From Parcubacteria group bacterium (GTDB lineage Bacteria > Patescibacteriota > Minisyncoccia > Phycocordibacterales > Phycocordibacteraceae), in the NCBI GenBank assembly GCA_028286605.1, contig JAQBRE010000003.1:17275-81274 (forward strand): a stretch of 64,000 nucleotides of DNA, in the 5' to 3' direction. Position 1 is the first letter of the stretch. Every line of letters starts with the position of its first letter. Below, one piece after another: positions 1-9,520 of this stretch. The position numbers were made by a program, and so were the translations under genes. A model generated the notes under the pieces. The model did not search any database. It had not been told where the DNA came from and worked only from the letters and a program-made list of their open reading frames with translations.

Positions 1-2
1 AG

Positions 3-869
3 TATTTCTCAAATAGAATCGTCGGTGGCCAAGTAGTATTTGATGGATGTCTTCCGTTTGCGGATGCTATTGGCTTGATAGGGAAAAATCCTGATGGTTC
101 ACTCGCAATTAACCCTGAGCTTGCTACATTCCTTCCAAGTGAGGAGTACGCCAGATCGAAGATACTCAGCGGAGTGCTATCGATTCTGTCGATTGACCCA
201 GTCTTCGATGAAATCTTTTGTTCGGAGAACATCTCTTATGACATCATCTACCATCTAATCCAGATTGATGTATCCGCTTTTCCTCTCAAGTACGCGAATT
301 TCCGTCGGCTGCTTATCGACTTTGGATTCCTCACGCGGCACCCCGATAGGGGAATCAGGAAACTAATCGTCAACTCAAGGTTCAAAATAGACTTCGACAA
401 GTACATTCTTCATGAGGTTACGAAGAGGAAGATGGGTATAGAACACTTGGAAGCGATGTTGGAGCGTAACCAACTGCATGGCGCAGAGGCTGAGGACTTC
501 GTCCTTGCATTCGAGAAGGTGCGCTTAGTGAAGCACCCTAAAGTAAGTACGGTTGAAAAGATTTCTGATTACGATGTTGCCGCCGGCTACGATGTGGTCT
601 CTTATCGGGACACAGCCTCAAGCGAATATGACCGTTTCATCGAGGTTAAGTCACATTCTGGTGACCAGCGATTTTTCTGGTCTAGGAATGAAGTTGCCCA
701 AGCTAAACTCAGAAAGGAAACTTACTTCCTCTATCTTGTGGATCGCAGCAAGATGAATGCGGAGAGCTATGAGCCTCAAATGATTCAGAATCCCTATGAC
801 TTGGTCTTCTTAAATAATGAGGAGTGGTCAGGTGAGCCGCAGAAGTGGATTTTTCATCCAGTTGCCTAA
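3..869 (+). CDS. DUF3883 / NO VEIN C-terminal type PD-(D/E)XK nuclease-domain protein (5'-partial)
   Basis: Frame open from position 3; C-terminal GAEAEDFV...GYDVVSY...RFIEVKS...WSRNE motif is typical of DUF3883; lower GC than core genes. Confidence 0.75.
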   Translation, partial: YFSNRIVGGQVVFDGCLPFADAIGLIGKNPDGSLAINPELATFLPSEEYARSKILSGVLSILSIDPVFDEIFCSENISYDIIYHLIQIDVSAFPLKYANFRRLLIDFGFLTRHPDRGIRKLIVNSRFKIDFDKYILHEVTKRKMGIEHLEAMLERNQLHGAEAEDFVLAFEKVRLVKHPKVSTVEKISDYDVAAGYDVVSYRDTASSEYDRFIEVKSHSGDQRFFWSRNEVAQAKLRKETYFLYLVDRSKMNAESYEPQMIQNPYDLVFLNNEEWSGEPQKWIFHPVA

Positions 870-911
870 TTTTTATTTACACATTTTCATTCTGTGAACT
901 CGAATAGGGTA

Positions 912-1370
912 TCAGTAATCAATTACTCTAAATTCGCTTAAGTTAACACTCATAACCGACAACCTATTCCCGCGCTGCAGCAACGTCATATCCTTGAGGC
1001 GCATATCCTTCTTAATCTGTTCAAGCCTTATCGGTTGCGCTAGTTTCTTAACGAAGGCGATATCTACCAAAAACCAGATGGGTTTTTCCTTTGTAGCTTT
1101 GGGGTCGTAGTACGGGCTTTTTGGATCAAACTGAGTCGGGTCAGGATACGCTTCGGAGGCGACCTTCGCCACGCCATACACGCCGGGAACCGGGCAGCTG
1201 GAGTGATAGAAGAGGACAGGGTCGCCAGGGCGCATGCCGTCGCGCATGAAGTTGCGGGCCGTATAGTTGCGGACGCCGGTCCATGGCGTCTTCTTGTCCT
1301 TCTTAAGATTGTCTATGGAGTAGCTGGTCGGTTCAGACTTTACGAGCCAGTGGCCTGGTTCAGGTTTCAT
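912..1370 (-). CDS. EVE domain protein
   Basis: WLVKSEP...YSIDNL...WTGVRNYTARNFMRD...GD.VLFYHS signature. Confidence 0.93.
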   Translation of the reverse strand: MKPEPGHWLVKSEPTSYSIDNLKKDKKTPWTGVRNYTARNFMRDGMRPGDPVLFYHSSCPVPGVYGVAKVASEAYPDPTQFDPKSPYYDPKATKEKPIWFLVDIAFVKKLAQPIRLEQIKKDMRLKDMTLLQRGNRLSVMSVNLSEFRVIDY

Positions 1371-1714
1371 AACTCCGTATACTTCGTGTGCTTTCCCTTG
1401 GCTTTCTCGACAGGGTACTTCGTACCGTTCTTTTTCAGCTTCTTACGGAATGCGTCAGAGATATCTATCTCAAGATCGTTGCTCATAAGGAGTACCCAAT
1501 ACAGGACATCAGCGAGTTCTTCAGAGATTTCAGTCTTGTGAGATGCTAGGTGCGTATCAACCTCTTCCTTGTTTTTCCACTGGAAATGCTCGAGCACTTC
1601 TGCTGCTTCGAGCGAAAGGGAAATCGCCATATCCTTGGGATTATGGAACTGCTTCCAGTCCCGTTCGTCGCGGAAGGCGGTAACCTCGGCGGTTAGATCC
1701 TCTATTCGTGCCAT
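1367..1714 (-). CDS. MazG-like nucleotide pyrophosphohydrolase
   Basis: FRDERDWKQFHNPKDMAISLSLEAAEVLEHFQW...EELADV motif; 4-bp overlap with EVE gene; ATG at 1714 chosen. Confidence 0.9.
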   Translation of the reverse strand: MARIEDLTAEVTAFRDERDWKQFHNPKDMAISLSLEAAEVLEHFQWKNKEEVDTHLASHKTEISEELADVLYWVLLMSNDLEIDISDAFRKKLKKNGTKYPVEKAKGKHTKYTEL

Positions 1715-1850
1715 GATGAAATGATACAATGAATTGACTTTAATGAATATGTGTCATAGATTATACGTTCTGGACGCTTGGTTCAGTACCTGATCTTGGG
1801 AGTACTTAGTGCATTATCAAAGAGATGTAAATCGTCGCGACAACGCCGGC

Positions 1851-2057
1851 ATGGCGGGTAAGAATCCTGGCCATCACGGCCGCCGCAACTTGGCCCGCAA
1901 GACTACGCTGTGCGGCACGAGCGCTTTCGACCCGCGCGCCGCCCTCGCCGACAACACGCCGCAGCCGATCTCGCGCCACTTCCGCAAGCTCATCAAGAAG
2001 GGCTGCTGCGGCTGGCACGCTTTGAGCGAAGCCGCGTACGTCTCGTTGCCGAACTAG
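1851..2057 (+). CDS. small basic hypothetical protein (68 aa) with Cys/His motifs
   Basis: ATG at 1851, GC3-rich codon usage, strong terminator immediately after stop. Confidence 0.5.
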   Translation: MAGKNPGHHGRRNLARKTTLCGTSAFDPRAALADNTPQPISRHFRKLIKKGCCGWHALSEAAYVSLPN

Positions 2058-2061
2058 ACGA

Positions 2062-2098
2062 TGGGCCCCGCACCTTGGTGCGGGGCCCAATTCTTTTA
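2062..2098 (+). terminator. rho-independent terminator
   Basis: TGGGCCCCGCACC/GGTGCGGGGCCCA inverted repeat plus TTCTTTT. Confidence 0.85.
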
Positions 2099-2146
2099 TA
2101 TTCTCTCGATATTTACTCTATCTGCATGGTGTATGCTCTTCGAGCT

Positions 2147-2539
2147 ATGCCGGAGACAAAAGATTTTGATACATGGAATGAATCTAAGAAACTACTCGAC
2201 ACTCAGGCGGGTACTAGATTTACGCATGCGCGCGAAGTGTGGTGGTGTTCTCTCGGCGTCAATATTGGAGCAGAGATAGATGGAAAGAATGAAAATTTTG
2301 AGCGACCGGTTGTGATTATGAAAGTATATAATCGCGACATGGTGCTTGTCCTGCCGCTCACCAGTAAGAAAAATGATAATCGATTTCATTGCTCAATTCG
2401 AGTTGGTGATCGTATTTCCTGGGCAAAGTTAACTCAAATACAGGTCATCAGTACCAAGCGACTTTTACGTAAAATAGATATGGTGAACGAGACTGATTTT
2501 AAAAAGCTCAAACGAGTTCTTATTAACTCAATTAATTAA
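2147..2539 (+). CDS. PemK/MazF-family endoribonuclease toxin
   Basis: EVWWCSLGVNIGAEIDGK..FERPVVIMK...LVLPLTSK...TQIQVISTKRL motifs; likely start MPETKDF at 2147. Confidence 0.88.
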   Translation: MPETKDFDTWNESKKLLDTQAGTRFTHAREVWWCSLGVNIGAEIDGKNENFERPVVIMKVYNRDMVLVLPLTSKKNDNRFHCSIRVGDRISWAKLTQIQVISTKRLLRKIDMVNETDFKKLKRVLINSIN

Positions 2540-2543
2540 AGAC

Positions 2544-2655
2544 GAATTCCCGCATCTCTGCGGGAATTCTCGGAGGCCGAAGCCATAATGTAACTTTTTA
2601 CAGTTACGCACGGCAAACGCATTTCTGCGTGAGCCTCGGAGGCCGAAGCCATAAT
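2544..2655 (+). repeat. two tandem structured repeats downstream of mazF-like gene
   Basis: CTCGGAGGCCGAAGCCATAAT exact at 2569-2589 and 2635-2655, each preceded by a hairpin with core CGCA-T(C/T)TC-TGCG. Confidence 0.9.
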
Positions 2656-2680
2656 AAGAGTATGATAGCAGATACGCGAT

Positions 2681-3271
2681 ATGGGTCAAACAGAGCACTA
2701 TGAAATCAAGGAATCCGCACGCGCGAAGCACGTGCGGATAGATATATACCCCGATGGGCGCGTCGTGGTGACGAAGCCTCTTCGCTTGCCGATGCTCATG
2801 GTTGAGGCGTTCGTGCGATCACGGAGGAAGTGGATAGAGGAGACTGTGGTTAAATTCGAGGCACGCCGCAGGCGTGCCGAAACAAAGCGAGCGAAACTCG
2901 GCCTGCCGGCACCTGAACCGCTCCCGAAACCGCGTCGCGGTTCCAAGGCATACAAAGACGCCGTGAAGGCGGCTCGCTCGCTCGCAGCAAGTCACCTCCA
3001 GCATTTCAATCAGCACTACGGTTTCCGATACGGCTCCATCTCTATTCGCAATCAGAAGACGCGATGGGGAAGCTGTTCAGCTGCCGGTAATCTTTCCTTT
3101 AACTACCGTATTACATTCCTTCCGCCAGAACTGCAGGACTACCTGATAGTCCACGAGCTCTCACACGTGAAAGAGCACAACCATTCTGCAAAGTTCTGGG
3201 CGCTCGTCGCACAGACCGTTCCGGACCATGTGCGCCGCCGTACCCAGCTTCAGGCGTACGATATGCATTAA
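2681..3271 (+). CDS. M48/SprT-like zinc metalloprotease (YgjP/DUF45 family)
   Basis: [12 protein letters not shown]...LSFNYR...[17 protein letters not shown]. Confidence 0.92.
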   Translation: MGQTEHYEIKESARAKHVRIDIYPDGRVVVTKPLRLPMLMVEAFVRSRRKWIEETVVKFEARRRRAETKRAKLGLPAPEPLPKPRRGSKAYKDAVKAARSLAASHLQHFNQHYGFRYGSISIRNQKTRWGSCSAAGNLSFNYRITFLPPELQDYLIVHELSHVKEHNHSAKFWALVAQTVPDHVRRRTQLQAYDMH

Positions 3272-3689
3272 TAAAAAAGATGCCCGACAACCGGGCATCT
3301 TCAGAAGTTTGACGAGTATACGTCTCCGACTGAGGTTCTCACCATGTCATGGGCATCGCATGAAAGGAAGTTCACGCGCTCGAGTGATCAGGCATGGCCT
3401 GCACTATCCATGGTGGTTGCGAGTTCGCGCGGGGATACATGGAAGGGTTCTTCCCAACCAATCCAGCATCTGGCCTGCACACACAGCTCCTTCGGTTTCG
3501 CTCGCCGGTCCCCCAGTATATTCAGATGCCTTCTTGGAGGCGTTCTGGAGGTCTGCCATCGTTATAGCACAGAAAGCCATTCACACGCTTCATGAAGTAA
3601 AGTTGAAGGAAATATAAAGAAGGAGTAGAATATCCGCTTGGTCGCTTCGGCGACCGCTTGTTATTTATCTGTAACCTCTTGGGGGAATC

Positions 3690-4799
3690 ATGCTTGATAC
3701 TATGTCTGATCGCACTATCGAAACCAATAAAGAGCCCTATGTCGCAGGCTCCGTCCGCGATCTATCGAAATTCATCTTGGACCGTAATCGCACGCAGAGC
3801 GACGAGTTTTGCAATGCAAGTGCGCGTTTGGCGCGTCAGCAGTATCGCAGCGTGCACCCTACAGAAATTGCCGCACTGAAATGCATGGACGGCCGGCTCA
3901 ATCTCTCTCTTATGACAGAGACGCCGGTTGGAATCCTGCACCCGTACCGCAACATCGGCGGCACGTTCGACATGGGCTGGCCGTTTCTGGCTCAGCTGCT
4001 TAAGGAATGGGTCTATGTTTCGACCACGAAAGGCCGAGACTGCCTCATGCTTATGACCTATCACTATTCAAAGGGTGATTCCCATCGTGGATGTGCTGGT
4101 CACAATTACGACACCGACGCTGCGCGAGCAGGCGCTGCCGAACTGGTAGTGCAGGCGGCTCGCGTGTTCGGTCGTCCGTATCGTGCGGTTCATCCCATCA
4201 TGGTGGGTATTGAAACAGATGACGAGGCGCTCGTGTTCCATAGCGAAGAAGGAGAAGCCTTCTCGCTTGCGGACAATCTCGACATGACACCAGGAATGCT
4301 GGCCCAGCATTTCGCGCATCTCTATCCAGAGATGCGCGAACGGATCCTCATTGATCTTCTTGAGTTGGTGAAAGGAAACCAGCGTCATATCAAGAAGGTA
4401 CGTGCAGCGAACCGTATGCCTATAGACCTGAACCATCGCGAACAGATTATCGCCGTGGGTCGCGGGTTCGATTGGCTGCATCTGCCGAACATGGCGCTCA
4501 TCGTTGGCCCGTACGGGCTCGAGTGGCCGAAGGCAGTTGGTACTGCGGGGAAGATCATTCTAAGCAACTTGAAGGAAGGGAGGCTTGATCCCGAAGCGGG
4601 TCGCATGCTGCTCATCGCTAAGCTTGCTCGTGAAGAACGCGGAAGCTACGGCTGGAATATGGCCGAAGAAGAAGCTCGCTTCGTAACGCGCGAGGCGCAC
4701 CGAGCTCTTTTGAGCACGGTGCCTGAACTGCTCGATAACAACTTCACTATCCATACGGGCGTGGTCGACGCATCGACGCGTTTGCTGCATCTTATCTAA
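3690..4799 (+). CDS. CsoSCA-like (beta-class) carbonic anhydrase homolog
   Basis: CMDGRL and YHYSKGDSHRGCAGH match the CsoSCA Cys-x-Asp-x-Arg and HxS...GCxxH pattern; terminator follows. Confidence 0.7.
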   Translation: MLDTMSDRTIETNKEPYVAGSVRDLSKFILDRNRTQSDEFCNASARLARQQYRSVHPTEIAALKCMDGRLNLSLMTETPVGILHPYRNIGGTFDMGWPFLAQLLKEWVYVSTTKGRDCLMLMTYHYSKGDSHRGCAGHNYDTDAARAGAAELVVQAARVFGRPYRAVHPIMVGIETDDEALVFHSEEGEAFSLADNLDMTPGMLAQHFAHLYPEMRERILIDLLELVKGNQRHIKKVRAANRMPIDLNHREQIIAVGRGFDWLHLPNMALIVGPYGLEWPKAVGTAGKIILSNLKEGRLDPEAGRMLLIAKLAREERGSYGWNMAEEEARFVTREAHRALLSTVPELLDNNFTIHTGVVDASTRLLHLI

Positions 4800-4913
4800 A
4801 TTCGTCCTCGGACGAAAAAGACCGCACATCCCTTCGGGAGTGCGGTCTTTCATTTTGTAGCGGGGGCGTACCTAGAATGGTTGCCACCCTTTGTCTTTCA
4901 TGCGCTGCCGGCT

Positions 4914-5093
4914 TCATTGATCTTCATTGCGGTGGTCTTGTTTGGACTGCTTCTGCCAACTCTTTTCTTTGGGAGGAAGGTATGGCAGCTTCGGCATACC
5001 TGAGCTGGTGCGCTCGGTTTCCGGCTGTGCGGCGACAGCCGACAAGGCGAGCAATGCTGCGCCCGTGATTCCTCGTAAAACGATTACCTTCAT
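4914..5093 (-). CDS. small putative secreted protein (possibly nonsense-truncated)
   Basis: GGAG RBS; MKVIVLRGITGAALLALSAVAAQ is signal-peptide-like. Confidence 0.4.
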   Translation of the reverse strand: MKVIVLRGITGAALLALSAVAAQPETERTSSGMPKLPYLPPKEKSWQKQSKQDHRNEDQ

Positions 5094-5177
5094 CTGATGT
5101 ACTCCGATTGACCCGCTGAAACCATACCATAATCGTTGCGTTGTGCATGGGGGAGAGTGATACCGTAGAATGGAGGA

Positions 5178-8018
5178 ATGAACGCCAAGGAGAATGCACG
5201 CAGCCATGAGGCGACCTTCAAGGAGGCCTATGCGAAGCTGAACCCGGCCCAGAAGAAGGCGGTGGATACCGTTGAAGGACCGGTGCTGGTGATTGCCGGC
5301 CCAGGTACCGGCAAGACGCATATCCTGACGCTGCGCATCGCGAACATCCTGAATGTAACGCAGGCGAATGCCACCAATATTCTGGTGCTTACGTTTACGG
5401 AAAGCGCGGCGCGCACGGTACGTGCGCGCCTTTCGAATTTGATAGGCGAAGCTCCTGCGCGCGACGTATTCATTTCCACTTTCCACGGCTTCGCCGAACA
5501 TCTGCTGCAGCAGTATCAAGATTCATTTCCGCAGGCTATCGGGAAGCGGCTCGCTGGCGATGTAGAAAGCGCGCTGCTGTGGCGCGAAGTATTAGATACC
5601 GAAGAGCTCGTCGCGCTCCGTACTACGAAGAGCCCATACTTCTATCTGAAGGATCTTTCCATGCTTCGTAACGATTTGCTACGCGAACGCATCACTCTGG
5701 ATGCATACCGCGCATGGGCGAATGAAGAAGCGGATCGCATCAAGAGCGACGAGTCGTTCACGTATGTGCGAGACAGCAAACATGGCGCGAAAGGTACGAT
5801 GAAGCCGGAGGGCTTCAAGAAGCTCGAGCGGTTGGAAAAAGTATTCGAAGCTGCGCGCTTGATCGAAGCGTACGAAGCATTGAAAGAGGAACGCGACGTA
5901 TATGACTTCGCGGACGTATTGCGCATTGCCGTTGATGGCTTAGCGCAAGATCCGGAATTGCGCGCGACGATTCAGGAGCAGTATCAGTACGTGCTTGCAG
6001 ACGAGCATCAGGATGCAAACGCATTGCAGCATGCGCTGCTGGATGTGCTTGCCTATGACGAGCATCCGAATATCTTCGTGGTGGGGGATGAGAAGCAGGC
6101 CATATATCGATTCCAAGGAGCGGACAGCTCAGGTTTCGGCAGTTTTATGGAGCATTTTCCTCGTACCGAGGTGATAGCGCTCGATACGAGCTATCGCTCG
6201 CGTCAGGGCATTCTGGACGCCGCACACGCCCTTATACAGGGCGTTCCAGCAGCGAATGGCGCCCATATGCAGCTGGTGGGTTCAGAGCTTCCGGCGAGCA
6301 TTTCAGTGCTTGCAGCGCCCGACCCGTTGGCCGAACGAGACCAGATTGCGCAGCTCATTTCTGACGCGATTGATGGGGGGACGGAGCCGCACGAAATCGC
6401 CGTCATATCCGCGCGCAACAGTACCGCAGACCAGTTCGCAGACGCTTTGCAGGCGCGCGGCGTACCGATGCTTCGTGCGGGCGATGTCCTATTAAGTAGC
6501 CGTCCTATCATGCGCGCGATACTTGCGTTGATGCGCGCGGTTGCGGACCCGCTTGATTCTGCCTCGCTGCGCGAGGCGCTGCTTGCGCCGTGGTGGCCGC
6601 TCACGCTCACCGAGCGCGCGGAACTTCTGCGCCGGAATCGCGACAACGATCTCCCGCTCTCGCTTGAAACGAGCGTGCCACAAATTTCAAAGACAATAGC
6701 GTCGCTTCGCGACGCCGTACTCACCGAAGCTCCGCTCCCGCTTCTCTCTAAGATTCTCGTTGAATCCGGCGCACGCGCGTTCCTTCTTTCACACGCAGAC
6801 TACTTCGAAGACATCACGCTTATGCGCAAAGTGTTTATGCATATCGAAGAACTTGTCGCCCGCAATCCGGATCAATCCTTTGCAGACATCGTCCGTACAT
6901 TCACGCAGGCGAATGAGCATGGCCTCGAGAACGTGAAGACGAGTATCACGCTAACGGAAGGGAAGGTGACGGTTATAACCGCGCACAAGGCGAAGGGAAT
7001 GGAATTCAAGAAAGTATTTGTCGTAGGAATGAACGCACGGCAGTGGGAGAAGGGCGGCATGCCTGCAAAGATCCCTTCGCCCGTGGATCAGACCCGAAGC
7101 CTTGAAGACATCACGAAGCTTTTCTATGTGGCAATAACGCGTGCGAAAGATGAGCTCGTATTTTCATATGCAGTGGAAAGCGCGGACGGTCGCGACACGC
7201 CGCCCTCAGCACTACTACCAGAAAGCCTTCCTGCTATCGCACCCAGCTTCGATCCGTTGCCGGTGCTGCATACGACCATTGAAGCATCGAAGCTCGTATG
7301 CGAGCTGGTGCATGAATTCCTCACCAAGGATGGTCTCTCGCCCTCTGCATTCAATGAGTATCTGGAATCACCAGCGACATTCTTCGCTCGTCGTGTACTG
7401 CGCCTGCATGAGGCAGAGGCGCCCGCAACGGCGATAGGAATCGCCGTACACGCCGGCATCGCTGCGTACCTGGAAGCGAAAGACGAAGATGCTGCGTACG
7501 CCGCGCTGACTCGCCAACTGAAGAAATCCCTCCTGCAGCGTAACGCCGCGTATGACCGCGTCGTTACGCACGCACGCGAAAGCCTCGCGAGCTACATCGC
7601 TCACGACGGCACGCTGAAAGAACCTATCGCTATCGAGAAAGCCTATTCAATAAGCCAGACAATTGCCGGCCATGATATCAAGCTGCAGGGAAAGGTGGAT
7701 GCGATTTTCAATACGCCGAACGGTGAATGCATCGTGGATTTCAAGACCTCCAGCGACGTCCATATAAAAGATGAGAAGCACGCGCGCCAGCTCGCATTCT
7801 ATGATCTGCTGCTTCGCGCGAACGGACACAACACCACGACGGCAAGCATCGTGCAGGTAGGTCCTGAACATGTAGAAGAATTTCCCGTGCCGCTGAACGA
7901 CGAAACGCGCAGCGCGCTCGTGCAGACACTCGAAGAAGTTATCACTGAACTCTGGGATGGCACCTGGCGCAAGGGCGAACCTTCCGTCTACGACGACCTC
8001 CTCAAGCTTTTTATATAA
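5178..8018 (+). CDS. UvrD/REP-family helicase with C-terminal PD-(D/E)XK nuclease (AdnB/AddA-like)
   Basis: AGPGTGKT, DEHQD, VGDEKQAIYRFQGA, TAHKAKGMEF, YVAITRA; C-terminal GKVDAI...IVDFKT...QLAFY. Confidence 0.93.
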   Translation: MNAKENARSHEATFKEAYAKLNPAQKKAVDTVEGPVLVIAGPGTGKTHILTLRIANILNVTQANATNILVLTFTESAARTVRARLSNLIGEAPARDVFISTFHGFAEHLLQQYQDSFPQAIGKRLAGDVESALLWREVLDTEELVALRTTKSPYFYLKDLSMLRNDLLRERITLDAYRAWANEEADRIKSDESFTYVRDSKHGAKGTMKPEGFKKLERLEKVFEAARLIEAYEALKEERDVYDFADVLRIAVDGLAQDPELRATIQEQYQYVLADEHQDANALQHALLDVLAYDEHPNIFVVGDEKQAIYRFQGADSSGFGSFMEHFPRTEVIALDTSYRSRQGILDAAHALIQGVPAANGAHMQLVGSELPASISVLAAPDPLAERDQIAQLISDAIDGGTEPHEIAVISARNSTADQFADALQARGVPMLRAGDVLLSSRPIMRAILALMRAVADPLDSASLREALLAPWWPLTLTERAELLRRNRDNDLPLSLETSVPQISKTIASLRDAVLTEAPLPLLSKILVESGARAFLLSHADYFEDITLMRKVFMHIEELVARNPDQSFADIVRTFTQANEHGLENVKTSITLTEGKVTVITAHKAKGMEFKKVFVVGMNARQWEKGGMPAKIPSPVDQTRSLEDITKLFYVAITRAKDELVFSYAVESADGRDTPPSALLPESLPAIAPSFDPLPVLHTTIEASKLVCELVHEFLTKDGLSPSAFNEYLESPATFFARRVLRLHEAEAPATAIGIAVHAGIAAYLEAKDEDAAYAALTRQLKKSLLQRNAAYDRVVTHARESLASYIAHDGTLKEPIAIEKAYSISQTIAGHDIKLQGKVDAIFNTPNGECIVDFKTSSDVHIKDEKHARQLAFYDLLLRANGHNTTTASIVQVGPEHVEEFPVPLNDETRSALVQTLEEVITELWDGTWRKGEPSVYDDLLKLFI

Positions 8019-8268
8019 AAGATGGAGCCCTCGATGTAACGAGGGCTCCTTTTTCCAGCGAGGGCGATCACACAATCAGAATCGATGTTCCTTTGTGTCC
8101 TTGAAGCTCAAGACCTACGGCGCGACCGTGGCCGAATCAGCATTGCAGCTAAGTTCTGGCTTCTCTAGATGGGAAGGAAAGCAGGGCTGGTACCCTCTTA
8201 CCTCTTCACCATCAGGCAAAATCACCTAGAAATATAGTACTCTTTTAGTATAAAATGTCAAGACTCGG

Positions 8269-8997
8269 CTATTTTGCCTTCGCGATCGCCTGATCCACGA
8301 TCTTCTTCATCGCATCGTAGGGAAGCGAGCCGCTGAGCGGGATGGACTTCTGACCGTGAATCACGATAACCGTGTATGGCGAACCTGAAGCGCCAATAGC
8401 GATAGCGTTCGAGATATCAGCATTCACGCGAGTTTGATACGTGTGTGCACCCAGGCAGGAGTCGAAGCGAACGGTGTCGATACCGAGCGCCTGCGCAACA
8501 TTGTCATAGCCGGAAGGATCGAACTGCTGATTGTCTGGCGCATACGTCTGAAGGAAATCGATGAAGCTCCAGAATGCGTTCGCGTTGCCAAGTGAAGAGG
8601 CGCACTCTGCGGCTTCGGCGTGCTGTTCGCTATTGGGGTACTCATCAATAAGCGGGAAGTGGCGATACACCCAGGCGACTTTTCCGGTCGGCCCATAGGT
8701 AACCATAAGCTGCTCCATCACTTTCTGGAATGATTTCGAATAGCTGGAATCGATGTCCGCATATTCCACGATAACGACGGACGCGCTCGGGCTGCCGATT
8801 ATGTGGTCTTGGCTGGTGATAGGAGCGAGTGCTGAAACATCACCCTTCGGCGGACCTAAGACATGAGTCGCGCGTACCACATACACGCTTATTGCGATCA
8901 TGATGCCGGCAACAATAATCGCACCAGGAAGGAACCAGCGATTCCGGTTCTCTTGCGTACGATGCAGTTCTTCCAGTGCCTGATCCTGTTCATCCAT
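8269..8997 (-). CDS. membrane-anchored DsbA/thioredoxin-fold protein, CxxC replaced by SxxS
   Basis: DHIIG..ASVVIVEYADIDSSYSKSF, VAWVYRHFPL, AAEAAEC-like motif, GSP cis-Pro loop. Confidence 0.85.
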   Translation of the reverse strand: MDEQDQALEELHRTQENRNRWFLPGAIIVAGIMIAISVYVVRATHVLGPPKGDVSALAPITSQDHIIGSPSASVVIVEYADIDSSYSKSFQKVMEQLMVTYGPTGKVAWVYRHFPLIDEYPNSEQHAEAAECASSLGNANAFWSFIDFLQTYAPDNQQFDPSGYDNVAQALGIDTVRFDSCLGAHTYQTRVNADISNAIAIGASGSPYTVIVIHGQKSIPLSGSLPYDAMKKIVDQAIAKAK

Positions 8998-9106
8998 ATG
9001 CCTATCAGGATAACATGCAGGCCGCAGCGGCCTGCCACACTTGTATAAAAGAAACTCCGACGGGCCGTGAGGCGCCGCCGGAGCGAAAGGGTAGAGGTGG
9101 AAGAAG

Positions 9107-9427
9107 TCAGATGTGCTCGTGCGCGAAGCATATGCGCTCAGCAAGAATTTTCCCGTTAGGGCCGTCTATGATTCGTACGGTGAATTGCTCGCCGAAAGAA
9201 ACATAGACGGCTTCTTTGATGACATTGATCTTCTTCTTATCGAGCAAGCAGTCCCAGGTATGAACCTCGACGACGCGCTTGCCTTTGCACGAAAGAAAGG
9301 TGATTCGAGCATTCTCGATTTCTGCGGGATCGTATAGCTCCTTCATGAGACTTGTCTTCAGATTGATCTCAGCGCACCTGCGCACAATGGGTTCTGCCTC
9401 AGGCGGGCATCGGCCTTCAAATCTCAC
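9107..9427 (-). CDS. hypothetical protein (ORFan)
   Basis: GGGGAG RBS, GTG start, own terminator. Confidence 0.6.
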   Translation of the reverse strand: MRFEGRCPPEAEPIVRRCAEINLKTSLMKELYDPAEIENARITFLSCKGKRVVEVHTWDCLLDKKKINVIKEAVYVSFGEQFTVRIIDGPNGKILAERICFAHEHI

Positions 9428-9520
9428 TCTCTAACTCCCCAAATGGTTCGTGACCTACGGACATCGCAGGTCACATTTGAGTAAGTATACACGAATGCCG
9501 TGGCGCAGCCAAGAATATGG

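Noticed and set aside
2604-2650. Resemblance of CGCACGGCAAAC to a c-di-GMP-I riboswitch
   Set aside because: The rest of the consensus is absent; the tandem repeat explains the segment better.
4871-4916. TGA recoding (code 25) suggested by in-frame TGA in small remnants
   Set aside because: Conserved genes such as murF, mreC and pilB end in TGA, and long genes have no internal TGA.
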